A stretch of 64,000 nucleotides of DNA from an uncultured Phycisphaerales bacterium (GCA_963755915.1 CAVWLP010000002.1:1120001-1184000); one strand, 5' to 3'; numbered from the stretch's first letter, positions 31,747 to 42,347 are shown. Program-made: numbers and translations. The notes: a model not told the origin generated them from the letters alone.

Positions 31747-32181
31747 CTATTTTGGGAAATCGGAGGATTTTATTGAAAAATTATTTGGGGTGGAGGGGCG
31801 AAGGGGATCGTCCTGATTATGCCGGTTTTGAATGTGAATTGACGAATTCATTGTCCGGATCATTCGGCAGTATCTGCTGAATTTTGTTTGGGCGTGCACC
31901 GTCCAAATGCTGATCAGATCTGGATTCTCAACCACCTCGCCGGTCGACCGCAACCGGTATACGCCCGGTTTCGCTTTTTTCAGTGCACTAGTATCGGGAG
32001 GCAGCGAGAAGGTCTGACCATTGCTTTGCCGGATATGAATACCGTCATCGTCAATGTGCGTGATAGTTCCATGGACCTGGAGTTGCTGGATTACATTGCC
32101 GCTGCTATCGAGGTAAGTAACGCCGGCAAGGACGCGCTTGTGGATATATTTGGGGAAGGAGGTTGATTTGTTTTTTCCCAT
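31747..32181 (-). CDS. Hypothetical protein (lower GC); true 3' end uncertain
   Basis: KRVLAGVTYLD...QVHG...LPPD...AKPGVYRLRSTGEVVENPD looks like a folded domain. Confidence 0.65.
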   Translation of the reverse strand: MGKNKSTSFPKYIHKRVLAGVTYLDSSGNVIQQLQVHGTITHIDDDGIHIRQSNGQTFSLPPDTSALKKAKPGVYRLRSTGEVVENPDLISIWTVHAQTKFSRYCRMIRTMNSSIHIQNRHNQDDPLRPSTPNNFSIKSSDFPK

Positions 32182-32235
32182 TTTGGCTCGTGTTTGCCAC
32201 AAACAATACGCTCGACGCCTCGAATGAGGGAACAG

Positions 32236-32457
32236 TCAACTCTGGTTGCTCGAATCCAAAGATGCGAGAAAGCGCGACCCGCACCGGCGACATATAAAGC
32301 GGATGCGGAGGACGGGGTATAGAAGCAGGGCCGAGAGTGTCGTCAGGCACAAGCGCAGCAGGTTTGCGGCGCTAATCTCAACGCGCACGAGATTGCCACT
32401 GCATGATGGGCAGTGTGGTCGATGCAATCGGAATGAGCGAATGGAATTTGTGGGCAT
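32236..32457 (-). CDS. Small protein with split CxxC...CxxC pair around a hydrophobic segment
   Basis: HCPSCSG...LLRLCLTTLSALLLYPVL...ICRRCG. Confidence 0.45.
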   Translation of the reverse strand: MPTNSIRSFRLHRPHCPSCSGNLVRVEISAANLLRLCLTTLSALLLYPVLRIRFICRRCGSRFLASLDSSNQS

Positions 32458-32491
32458 ATGAAAGCGCCGCCTTGCGGCGGCAATTTGGGGG

Positions 32492-32833
32492 CTACTGCCC
32501 GGTGATACCACCAGAGGCGATTTCGACGCTATTGACGCCTGCGGCACGGAATCCACTGCAGATTCGCTGGGCGTCGGAGTAGCTTACGACAACCCCGGCA
32601 TTCCCGCGAATGATGATCGATTGGGGATGGTATTCCTGCACCAGGTTGGGAATGTCCCTGGAGGTGGCATACCAGCCTTCCCAGTTGAAATTGTCCATGC
32701 CGAGGAGATAGACCGTGACCGTCTTTGAGGCACCGGCGTTTGTGGCCGAGGCTGGAGGCGTTCGGTCATTCATGGATGCGCAGGCGGTGGCGAGAAGGAC
32801 TATGCCGAGGGTAAGGGTGAGTGGGGATTTCAT
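32492..32833 (-). CDS. Putative lipoprotein
   Basis: MKSPLTLTLGIVLLATAC signal and lipobox. Confidence 0.65.
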   Translation of the reverse strand: MKSPLTLTLGIVLLATACASMNDRTPPASATNAGASKTVTVYLLGMDNFNWEGWYATSRDIPNLVQEYHPQSIIIRGNAGVVVSYSDAQRICSGFRAAGVNSVEIASGGITGQ

Positions 32834-32855
32834 GCGGTGCTCTCAGGTCGAAGAT

Positions 32856-32903
32856 GCGCCGCACGGTTCGACACGGCTCACCGAATTCAAGTGCGGCGGC
32901 TAC
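32856..32903. repeat. GTAG-type REP with a second element inserted in its loop
   Basis: GCGCCGCAC-[GGTTCGACACGGCTCACCGAATTC]-AAGTGCGGCGGCTAC. Confidence 0.7.
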
Positions 32904-32911
32904 GCGGGGGA

Positions 32912-34167
32912 TTATAGCGAACGGGTGGCTGCGAGGGTTTCTTTGTAAATCTCGATCAGGCGATCGGTTTTCTGCGCCCAGTCGTAGAGATTCGCCTGCA
33001 CGCGCCGGCGGCCGGCCTGGCCCATTTGTTTTCGCAGCGCGGGGTCGCGGGCGAGGCGGAGCATGGCGTCGGCGAAGGCCTGGACGAAGCCTTCGCGGGT
33101 GGTGGGGGGAATCTTGATGCCGGTTTCGTTGGTGACGTGGATGGCGGGGCCGCCCCAGTCGGTGGCGATGACGGGGAGGGCGACGGCCATGGCTTCGAGG
33201 AGGACGATTCCGCCGACTTCGCGGAGGCTGGGCATGACGAAGACATCGGATTGACGGAGATGGCGATTGGCCTGGTCGGCGGTGACCCAGCCGTGGAAGA
33301 TGACGCGGTTCGTCAGGCCCAGGTCTTGGGTCATTTGCTCGAGGAGTTGGCGGCGTTCGCCGTCGCCGAGGAGGTCCAGGACGGCGCTGGACTCCTGTTC
33401 GGCGACAATTTTGAAGGCGGGGATCAGGAATTGGATGCCTTTTACGTCCGCGAGGCGGCCTAAGTAGACGAAATGGATTTTGTCATCGGTGCGCGGGGGG
33501 AGATCGGGGGCTTTGTCCCAAATGGCGAGATCGACGCCGGCGTCGGGGATCTCGTAGATTTTTCCGGTGATGCCCATGGGAAGGGCGTTTTTGCGCGGTC
33601 GTTGGCGACGATGAGTGCGGCGGCTTTTTTCTTGCCGGGCATGAGAGCATTTAGCGGGGCCGAGAGGGCGCGGCCGAAGATTTCGACGGCGGTGGAGCCG
33701 CGGGTTTCGAGGTGTTTGAAGGCGGGGGGGTAGGTCATGCCACCGGCGAGGGGGCCGATGACGACGGGGACGCCCAGGCCGTACATCAGGCTTACCTGCT
33801 TGGGGGAAACGGGGGTCATCTCGTGGACGAGGTCGATTTTGTGATCGGCGATGAGTTTGCGGACGATTTTTTTCTGGAATCTCTGGTTGAAGAGGTGGCG
33901 GACTACGCCAAAGGTTTGGACGTCGATTTTGTCGGGGAACTGGGAGCCGATTTTCCAGAGGAAGCGGTCGATTTTGGTTTCGGGGGAGAAGTGGATGCGG
34001 TCCTGGTCGTTTGGGAAGGCGGCGAGGACTTCGGGGCGGGTGCGGGCGTGGACGACGAGGTGGATGTCGATGCCGCGTTGGCGGAGGTATTTGAAGAAGA
34101 GCCAGGGGAGGCTGGCCTCGCCGCCGAATTTGAGCGAGGCGTTTTGGGCGACGAGGCAGATTTTCAT
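32912..34167 (-). CDS. Glycosyltransferase family 4; apparent frameshift near 33590
   Basis: FGGEA N-terminus; YLGRL..KG, FVMPSLREVGGIVLLEAMA..LPVIATDWGGP. Confidence 0.9.
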
Positions 34168-34192
34168 TTATGTAGGGGAGGGTAGCGGGAGA

Positions 34193-34264
34193 GATTGTCT
34201 ATTGCCAATTGCCGATTGCCGAGTTGGGGTGACAAGGTGGCAAGGTGACAAGGTGACAAGGTGG
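34193..34264. repeat. Tandem ATTGCC(G/A) heptamers followed by tandem GGTGACAA octamers
   Basis: GATTGTCT ATTGCCA ATTGCCG ATTGCCG; GGTGACAA GGTGGCAA GGTGACAA GGTGACAA. Confidence 0.85.
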
Positions 34265-34306
34265 TGGTGTCGCCGAATTGTGGTTCCTGATTTAGAATGA
34301 GCGGAC

Positions 34307-35266
34307 ATGGACGCGAAGAAGATTGTTGGCGGGGCAGTTAAACTTTGGATTTTGGCGATATTGGCGGGGGCGATATGGTTTTTGTGGGGGGAGAGGGTGA
34401 AGCCGCCGCTGGAGAGCGATATTGAGGAGGCGGAGGAGATCAAGCAGACGAATGTGGAGGTGAGGATCGGTCAGATTCGGAAGATGGCGCTGCGGGAGAC
34501 TGTGGTGGGGTATGGGAATGTTGAGCCGGAGCCGGCGACGGCGAGTGGGCCGGCGGCGGAGGCGCGCGTGGCGGTGGAATGGCCGCCGGCGATTATTGAC
34601 GCCGTGGAGTGCATTGAGGGGGAACATGTGGAGAAGGGGCAGACGTTGCTGACGGTGCATGGGCAGGGAATTGTTTCGCCGATTTCGGGGACGGTGGTGG
34701 GGTTGAACGTACACGGCGGGGAAGTGGGGTTGCCGAATGAAATCGCGGTGGATGTTGTGGACCTCGATCGGCTGGTGATGGCGGTGGGGATTCCGGCGTG
34801 GGAAGCGCGGGGAGTTGAGCCGGGGAAAAATGCGATGGTGGAGATTCCCGCGGATCCGGCGGGGGATTTGGGGGGGGAACCGGACGTGAAATTTGCCGGG
34901 GATGTGGAGCGGGTGGATCGGGCGGCGAATGCGAAGACGGATTTGGTGAGCGTGGATATTGAAGTGCCGAAGGGGATGCACGTGCGGCCCGGGGAGTTTG
35001 GGCGGGCGAGTATTGTCAGGCGGGAACAGGGGGATTGCCTGGTGGTGCCGGCGGATGCGATTGTGCGGGATTCGCTGGATCGGCCTTATATTGCGATGGT
35101 AAGCGATGATCAGAAGCAGGCGACGCTGCAAATGATTCAGCCGGGGATGCGGGAGGGGGATTGGGTGCAGGTGATCGGGGAGGGATTGTCGGCTGGGCAG
35201 ACGATTGTGGTGGGGGGGGCGTATGGGTTGCTGTTTCGGTCGGATATTAAGGTGATGAATCCATGA
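34307..35266 (+). CDS. RND efflux periplasmic adaptor subunit
   Basis: N-terminal anchor; GEHVEKGQTL, IVSPISGTV, LVVPADAIV, GLSAGQTIVVGG. Confidence 0.9.
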   Translation: MDAKKIVGGAVKLWILAILAGAIWFLWGERVKPPLESDIEEAEEIKQTNVEVRIGQIRKMALRETVVGYGNVEPEPATASGPAAEARVAVEWPPAIIDAVECIEGEHVEKGQTLLTVHGQGIVSPISGTVVGLNVHGGEVGLPNEIAVDVVDLDRLVMAVGIPAWEARGVEPGKNAMVEIPADPAGDLGGEPDVKFAGDVERVDRAANAKTDLVSVDIEVPKGMHVRPGEFGRASIVRREQGDCLVVPADAIVRDSLDRPYIAMVSDDQKQATLQMIQPGMREGDWVQVIGEGLSAGQTIVVGGAYGLLFRSDIKVMNP

Positions 35267-35298
35267 GTCGGATTCTTCGTCGATCGGCATGCTCTCTT

Positions 35299-35422
35299 CC
35301 CCCTCTCCCTGTATTCAGGGAGAGGGTTGGGGTGAGGGCAGAGAGAAAATTCCGGGCGCACACGGCCCTCACCCGCGCGGACGTCGTCCGCTTGCCCTCT
35401 CCCGGCGTACCGGGCGAGGGGG
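35299..35422. repeat. Inverted pair of CCCTCTCCC-family REPs
   Basis: CCCCTCTCCCTGTATTCAGGGAGAGGGTTGGGGTGAGGG, then GGCCCTCACCC...CCCTCTCCCGGCGTACCGGGCGAGGGGG. Confidence 0.85.
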
Positions 35423-35446
35423 AGAAATGGCCTCGCCATCTCTGAT

Positions 35447-38400
35447 ATGCGTGAAAGTCTTCCCCGATTTGCCCTTCGTCACGCAGTTTCGATCAACTTT
35501 ATCGTCATTGCGCTTTGCGGTGCCGGCGTGTATTCGGCGTTTCATATGCCCTCGGCGCTTTTTCCGCAGACGGAGTTTCCGCGGGTGATCATCATGGTGG
35601 AAAACGGGGTGATGCCGGCGGACGAGATGATGGCCAGCGTGACGCGGCCGATCGAAGAGACGATGAAGCAGATTCCCGGGTGCCAGACTGTGCGGTCGTC
35701 CACCGGGAGGGGGGTGGCGGAAATCGATCTGTTTTTCTCCTGGGACGTCGACATGCGGCAGAGCGAGCTTTACACGCTGGGCAGGCTGTCGCAGATTCGG
35801 CCTGAGCTGCCGGAGACGGTTTCTACGGAAGTTTACCGGATGAACTTTTCGGTTTTTCCGATCATAGGGATCAGCCTGACCGGGTCGGTTCAAAATATGA
35901 CGCAGGCTTGGGAGCTGGCGCGGTATCAACTGAAGCCGGAGCTTTTGCGGATACCCGGGGTGGCGCGGGTGGATTTGGTGGGGGGGCAGGCACCGGAATA
36001 TGCGGTGATTCTGGATCCGCTGCGGATGTCGGCGATGGGGATGGATTTTGCCGCGGTGTGCGATGCGCTGGCGAAAAATAACGCGGTGATTCCATCGGGG
36101 TTTCACCAGGAGGACCATAGTCTTTATCTGACCGTGGTGGACGGGCGGATGCATGATGCGGGGGAATTGGAGGGGATGGTTTTAAGCTCGCCGGGCGGGA
36201 AAATGGGCGGGAAGATTTTTCAATTAAAGGATATCGGGCGGGTCGAGCGCGGGCCTGAACCCGTGTTTGACGTGGTGACGGCCAATGGGTCGGACGCCGT
36301 CCTGCTGAATATTTTTTCGCAGCCGGATGGGAGCACGCTGGATATTGCCAACGAATTGCACCGCGAGCTGGATGCGATTCAGCCTACGCTGCCGGCGGGG
36401 ATGAAGTTGTCGGTGTTTTACGATCAGTCGCTGCTGGTGAAGTCGTCGGTCAAAAGCGTTTGGGATGCGATCATTTTCGGACTCATTTTGGCGGTGGCGA
36501 TTTTGTATCTGTTCCTCTGGGACGCGGGAATGACGCTGGTGGCAACGGCGGTGATTCCGATTACCGTGCTGATCACCATCCTGGGGATGAAGCTGCTGGG
36601 GGAGGGATTTAACCTGATGACGCTGGGGGGAATCGCGGCGGCGATTGGGCTGATTATCGACGATGCGATTGTGGTGGTGGAGGCGATTCATGTGAAGCTG
36701 CTGGCGGGAATGGGCCGGCAGGAGGCGGTGGTCGAGGCGATTGGGGATATCCTGGCTCCGCTGGTGGGGTCGACGATTACACCGGTGGTGGTGTTTATCC
36801 CGCTGGCATTTTTAACCGGAGTTTCGGGTGTTTTCTTCGCGCCCTGGCGATGACGATGGTGATCGGATTGCTGGCGTCGCTGGTGCTGGCGCTGACGATT
36901 ACGCCCTCGCTGGCCAACTGGTTCTTGCACGCGCCAAGCTCAAGGGAGAAGCGCGAGAGCGTCGTGTTTGGGTGGATCACGTCAGTTTACGAATATCTCA
37001 TCAGGCTGGCGCTGCGGCATCGGTGGTTTTTGCTGGGAATGTGCGGATTGGTGTTTGTGGCGGCGTTTGTGCTGTATGGAAAACTCAAAACGGATTTTTT
37101 GCCGCCGATGGATGAAGGGGGATTTATCATCGATTACATCACGCCGCCGGGGACGAGTTTGACGGAAAGCGATCGGCAGATGCGGGTGGCGGAGGGGATT
37201 CTGGCTTCGGTTCCTGAGGTGGAGAGTTATTCGCGGCGGACGGGGACGGCGCTGGGGGTTTCGATCGTGGAGCCGAATACCGGGGATTTTTTGGTGAAGC
37301 TGCGGGATGGTCGAACGCGGACGACCAACCAGGTGATTGCGGAGGTGCGGGAGAAGTTTCGGGAGTCGCTGCCGCGCGTGGACTGGGAATTTCCGGGGAT
37401 TTTGTCGGATCTGATCGGGGATCTGGAGTGGTCGGATGAACCCGTCGAGATCAAGGTTTATTCGACGGACCTGGACGTGCTGAAGAAGGAGGGGCCGGCG
37501 GTTGAGGAGATGCTGGAGAATATTCCGGGAATCGTGGATACGAACAACGGGCTGATTTACACGGGGCCCACGATCAGCCTGCGGGTGAAGGGGGCGGAGG
37601 CGAGGCATTTTGGGCTTACGACGGCGGACATTGGGGATGCCGTGAACACGGCGATGCTGGGGAAAACGAGCTCGACGATTTTGGAGGGAGACCGGATTGT
37701 GGATATCCGCGTGAAGGCCGATCCAACGTCGATCGAGCATGTGGAGGATTTGCGGCGGCTGCCGATTCGGGCTGCGGATGGAACGGTGATTCGGCTGGAC
37801 CAGGTTTGCAATGTGGTCATGGAGCCGGGGCAACTGGAGCTGGAGCGGGATAATCTTCGGCAGAATATTTCGGTGACGGCGCGATTGCAGAACCGCGACC
37901 TGGGGAGCGCGATGCGGGAGGTGAGGAATATTATCGACAACGATCCCTCGCTGCCGCACGATCTGATTGAATATGGGGGCGTTTATCAGCAGCAGCAGGA
38001 GGCGTTCGCGAATCTGCTGGTGGTTTTGGTGACGGCGCTGGCGCTGGTTTTTATTGTGGCGCTCGTTGAGTTTCGCGGGTTCTATGAGCCGATCGCGATT
38101 ATTTTCGGGGCGGCGCTTTCGGTGTTTGGGATCATTCTGGCGGTGCTGATGACGGGGATGACGGTGAATATTGTCACGCTGCTGGGGGCGATTATCGGGA
38201 TGGGGATCGTGCATAAAAATGGGCTGCTGATGCTGGATGCGATCAAGGATTTGCGGGAGAAGGGGGTGGAGCTGGAGCAGGCGATCGTGCAGGCGGGGGC
38301 GAGAAGATTGCGGCCGGTGCTGATGACGTCGCTGGCGGCGGCGCTGGGGATGCTGCCGCTGGCGCTGGGGTTTGGGGCGGCGAATATGCTGAAGCCGCTG

Positions 38401-38532
38401 GCGACGGCGGTGATTGGGGCGGTGTGTGTGTCGGTGATTTTGTCGTTGATTGCGACTCCACTGGCGTATGAGGTTTTGTTGAGGAGATTTTCCCCCGCCC
38501 CCGGTACTCCGGGGGAGGGGGTCGAACGGTGA
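35447..38532 (+). CDS. RND efflux permease (CusA/CzcA-like); apparent frameshift near 36838
   Basis: LFPQTEFP, NLMTLGGIAAAIGLIIDDAIVVVE, FLPPMDEG, RRLRPVLMTSLAA. Confidence 0.93.
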
Positions 38533-38582
38533 CGGACGGGCAGCCCCCTCCCTAACCCTCCCCCGGAATACCGGGGGCGGGG
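38492..38582. repeat. Inverted pair of CCCTCTCCC-family REP variants overlapping both convergent stop regions
   Basis: CCCCGCCCCCGGTACTCCGGGGGAGGGG and CCCCCTCCCTAACCCTCCCCCGGAATACCGGGGGCGGGG. Confidence 0.8.
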
Positions 38583-40681
38583 ATAGAAGGCGCTTTCACC
38601 CAAGTAGTCCACATCTGGCGATAGGCGGCTTCGATGGCGCGGGTCCAGGCTTTGGCGTCGCAGATGGGGGAGGCACGCATTTTGGGGCGGAGGGACGATC
38701 GGAGCTCGGTGAGGCGGGCGGGATTTTCGGCGAGACTTGCCGCGATGTTGATGAATTCCTCGTCGGTTTTGGCGACGAGATCCCCGAGGTCGAGATTGCA
38801 CGCCTGGCTCCAGCCGGCGCGGCCGGCGATGGTTTTGCCGATGAGGGTGATGACGGGCACGCCCATCCAGAGGGCGTCGAGGCTGGTGGTGTGGCCGTTG
38901 TAGGGGAGGGTGTCGAGGGCGATGTCGATCCGGCGGTAGCCGTCGAGATAATCGCGACGGGTGCCGCGGTCGACGAAGCCGATGCGGGTTGGGTTGATTC
39001 CGTGCTGGGAGAGGGTTTGAGCCAGCGCGGCGCGATGAGCGCCGAGCGGTCCGAGGACGAGAAGGCGGGAATTGGAGACGCGATTGAGAACCCCGGCCCA
39101 GAGCTTCAGCACGACTGGATTGATTTTTCGGAAGCTGTTGAGGCAGCCGAAGGTGATCTGGCCTGACGCGGCCGCCGGTGGGGCGCCGGGATCGGGCTCA
39201 GCGTCAACCTCCATCGCAACGGGGTCGTAGCACCAGAAGGAATGCGGCAGGCGGATGGTTTTTTCGGTGTAGAAGGCTTCGCTTGCGGCATCGGGATCGA
39301 GATAGGGATCGGTAAGGCGGTAGTCAATGGCGCTCACGCCGGTGGTGCCGGGGTAGCCCGCGAAGGTGACCTGGACCGGGGCCGGCTTGTGTCCGAAGAC
39401 CGGCAGGCGGTTGCCGCCGAGGTGAAGGGAGAGATCGACGAGGATGTCGATGCCGTCGGCTCGAATCTGGGCGGCGAGCTTTTCATCGGTCCAGTAGGCG
39501 GTGTCGTGCCAGAAATCTGTCAGGTCGCGATATTGGCGGTTAATGCGGTCAAAATCGGTTGCGCCGCTATAGCAAAAGATCTGGAAGTTTTGGGAGTCGC
39601 GGTTTTTGAGCAGGGGAAGGATGTTGCGTCCGACGACGTGATCGCGGAAATCGGCGGAGACGTAGCCGATTTTAAGCGCCCGATTGGGATCGCGATTATT
39701 CTGGTGCGGCTGAATAGGGCGCGGAGCAGCATGTTGGCATGCCCACTTACTTGATTCTTCCAGGATTCGCGCGGAGTCGTAGTCGGGGTGGAAAAGAATC
39801 GAGAAAACCTTGTGATCGTGAGCGGCGAAATTCGCCGGCCTGAGCTGGATGGCTCTGTCGTAGCAGGCGATCGCCTCGGTGAGGCGGCCGGTTTCCATAA
39901 AGACGTTGCCCAGGGCGTTGTGGGCCTGATCGGAATTGGGAAAGAGCTCGACGTTTTGCTTGCACTCGGCGAGGGCATTGTCCATCTCGCCGCCCTGCCA
40001 GTAGAGGTTTGCCAGCTCGTCGCGAGCGTAGAGATTGTCGGCGGTCATTTTGATCGCCTCGCGAAGGGTGGCGACGGCGTCGTCGATGCGGCCAAGATAT
40101 TTCAGGGCGATGCCGAGCTTGACGCGGGCATCGGCGGTGAAGCCCGGGGGGCCGGGCTGGAGGCGGTCGAGATCGAGCAGCTTGCGGTAGCACTCGGCCG
40201 CCTGGATCCACTGGCCGAGGCCGGCGTGGGCGTCGCCTAAATTGCGCTGGAGGGGCGGATAGTCCTGCCGAATGGCCAGGGCACGCCGGGCCGCGTCGAT
40301 GGCTTGGGCGAATTCGCTCCTGGCGACCAATGCCGCCGAGAGATTGTTCCACGCGAGGAAATGATCCGGGCGCATCGCCAAAACGCGGCGATACATGGGG
40401 ATCGCTTCCTCCAGCCTGTTTCCCAGCAGCAGCGTGTTGGCAAGATTGTTCAGCGCGTCGAGATGATTCGGATTGATCTTGAGAACCTGGCGATAAGACT
40501 GGGCCGCCTCTTCGTGTTTGCCTGCCGCGGCCAGTGTGTTGCCAAGCTTGAAGTGGGCGTCGACGAAGTCGGGCCTGGCGGCGATGGCGCGGCGATATGC
40601 AGCGATCGCCTCGTCGGTCCTGCCGGCCGCCTTGAGCGAGTTGGCGTGATTGAAGTAGGTGTCGGCTTCTTGACCCGGCAT
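38552..40681 (-). CDS. TPR-containing GT41 (OGT/SPINDLY-like) glycosyltransferase
   Basis: About 8 TPR repeats; IGYVSADFRDH, DILVDLSLH, PAPVQVT, FGCLNSFRKI, DTLPYNGHTTSLDALWMGVP. Confidence 0.93.
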   Translation of the reverse strand: MPGQEADTYFNHANSLKAAGRTDEAIAAYRRAIAARPDFVDAHFKLGNTLAAAGKHEEAAQSYRQVLKINPNHLDALNNLANTLLLGNRLEEAIPMYRRVLAMRPDHFLAWNNLSAALVARSEFAQAIDAARRALAIRQDYPPLQRNLGDAHAGLGQWIQAAECYRKLLDLDRLQPGPPGFTADARVKLGIALKYLGRIDDAVATLREAIKMTADNLYARDELANLYWQGGEMDNALAECKQNVELFPNSDQAHNALGNVFMETGRLTEAIACYDRAIQLRPANFAAHDHKVFSILFHPDYDSARILEESSKWACQHAAPRPIQPHQNNRDPNRALKIGYVSADFRDHVVGRNILPLLKNRDSQNFQIFCYSGATDFDRINRQYRDLTDFWHDTAYWTDEKLAAQIRADGIDILVDLSLHLGGNRLPVFGHKPAPVQVTFAGYPGTTGVSAIDYRLTDPYLDPDAASEAFYTEKTIRLPHSFWCYDPVAMEVDAEPDPGAPPAAASGQITFGCLNSFRKINPVVLKLWAGVLNRVSNSRLLVLGPLGAHRAALAQTLSQHGINPTRIGFVDRGTRRDYLDGYRRIDIALDTLPYNGHTTSLDALWMGVPVITLIGKTIAGRAGWSQACNLDLGDLVAKTDEEFINIAASLAENPARLTELRSSLRPKMRASPICDAKAWTRAIEAAYRQMWTTWVKAPSIPAPGIPGEG

Positions 40682-40688
40682 ATTTTAT

Positions 40689-41721
40689 TTATGGCCCCAC
40701 GATGGAGTCGATTTTCGCGAGTTCTTCCGGGGAGAAGTCGCTGCGGTTCAGGGAGGCTACGTTTTCCTTGATCTGCTCGGGCCGGCTGGCGCCGATCAGG
40801 GCGCTGGTAACCGCCGGCAAGCGCAGCGTCCAGGCGAGGGCCATTTGCGCCAGCGATTGTCCGCGGGATTGGGCGATGTCGTTCAGCCGGCGGATGGTCT
40901 CGACTCGCTGGGGCGTGATCTGGTCGGGGCGCAGAAAGCCCGTGGCGGTGCCCGCGCGAATCCTTCGGTATGCCGCTCAAATATTTATTGGTGAGCAGAC
41001 CTTGAGCCAGAGGGCAGAACGCGATAACGCCCAGCCCGAAGCGCTGGGTAACGCCGAGCAAATCTTTTTCGATCGCACGGTAGAGCATGTGGTACGCCGG
41101 CTGATGCAGGATTGGCGGGGTGAGATGCTCGCGCCGGGCGATGGCGACGGCGTCGGCCGTCAGGGCGCCGGGATAGTTGCTGATCGCCGCGTAGATCGCC
41201 TTGCCGCTGCGCACGGCCTGGTCGAGTGCCCCCATCGATTCCTCGACCGGCGTGCCTGCGTCTGGGCAGTGGTGATAAAAGATATCGACGTAATCCAACT
41301 GGAGGCGCTTCAGGGAAGCGTCGAGGCTGGCCAGAAGATATTTCCGCGAGCCGAAGTTTCCGTACGGCCCGGGCCACATTTCGTAGCCAGCTTTTGTGGA
41401 GATGATCAGCTCGTCGCGATAAGACGCAAAATCTTCGCGAAGGATTCTTCCCACGCGCGATTCCGCACTTCCCGGCGGCGGTCCGTAGTTGTTCGCCAGA
41501 TCGAAGTGGGTGATGCCCAGGTCGAAGGCGGTGAAGAGCATCTTCCGGCAGTTTTCGTGGAGCGAGGTTTCGTCGCTGTGATTTTGTGCGTCGGTGCCGG
41601 CGCCGCCGAAATTGTGCCAGCAGCCGAGGCTGATGGCTGGGAGCATCAGGCCTGAATTCCCGCAGCGGCGGGACCAGGACTTGTGCGGGGATTGATAGCG
41701 CTTTGGATTGGGTTCGTACAT
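40689..41721 (-). CDS. Aldo/keto reductase, L-glyceraldehyde-3-phosphate reductase-like; apparent frameshift near 40952
   Basis: SLGCWHNFG, GITHFDLANNYGPPPGSAE, YRDELIISTKAGY, PLAQGLLTNKY. Confidence 0.92.
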
Positions 41722-41957
41722 GGGAGAAAAGCGGGTGAAGGGAATCGAAAGATTCAACATTCGGCCTGGAACGCCGAGCCGCAATGTGAGTCACCGGTTT
41801 GATTCTAGACGACTTACGTTTTTTGGGAAGGTGGGCAACGGCCCCGATTCCAGAGGGCGGATCGAAAAAACGAACCATCGGACGTATTATGCGTCATATA
41901 TGTCGCGTATTTTCTTGATATTATGTTATAAACGGCGTATATTTCGCCGATAGAGCA

Positions 41958-42347
41958 ATGGCAATGACACTAAGGCAGCTTTCTTCCCGATTGAACGCCC
42001 GGCGGCGTGACCTTGGCATTGGATGCCCGGCCCTGGCCCGGCGCGCCGGTGTGAGCTTGCGCACGGTTCAGCGTGCTTTAGCCGGTGATCCCGCTGCCGA
42101 TCCATCTTTCACGACTCTATCTAGGATCGCGGAAGCGATGGGTATGGACATCAACTTAAAGGCGAAGAATGCGGAAGCATTTAAGCAGGAGCAGGCCGAG
42201 CGAAAGGCGGCGGAGCTTGTCGCACAGGTGCAGGGGACGTCGGGCCTGGAAGCCCAAGGTGTGCCGCTTTCAGAATTGAGGCGGATGAAGAAACAGACTG
42301 CCCGCGAGCTTTTGACGGGATCGTCCCGGAAGTTATGGGCAGCCTGA
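41958..42347 (+). CDS. XRE-family HTH protein (mobile mystery protein A-like)
   Basis: RRRDLGI...LARRAGVSLRTVQR...TLSRIAEAMG; V.GT..LEAQ...LW tail. Confidence 0.85.
   Translation: MAMTLRQLSSRLNARRRDLGIGCPALARRAGVSLRTVQRALAGDPAADPSFTTLSRIAEAMGMDINLKAKNAEAFKQEQAERKAAELVAQVQGTSGLEAQGVPLSELRRMKKQTARELLTGSSRKLWAA

Noticed and set aside
31499-32903. Integron cassette array
   Set aside because: No intI in the window and no convincing RYYYAAC...GTTRRRY attC pairs between the ORFs
41728-41790. Second functional tRNA-Gly
   Set aside because: 5' acceptor strand and D arm are missing, T stem is disrupted and the anticodon loop is altered
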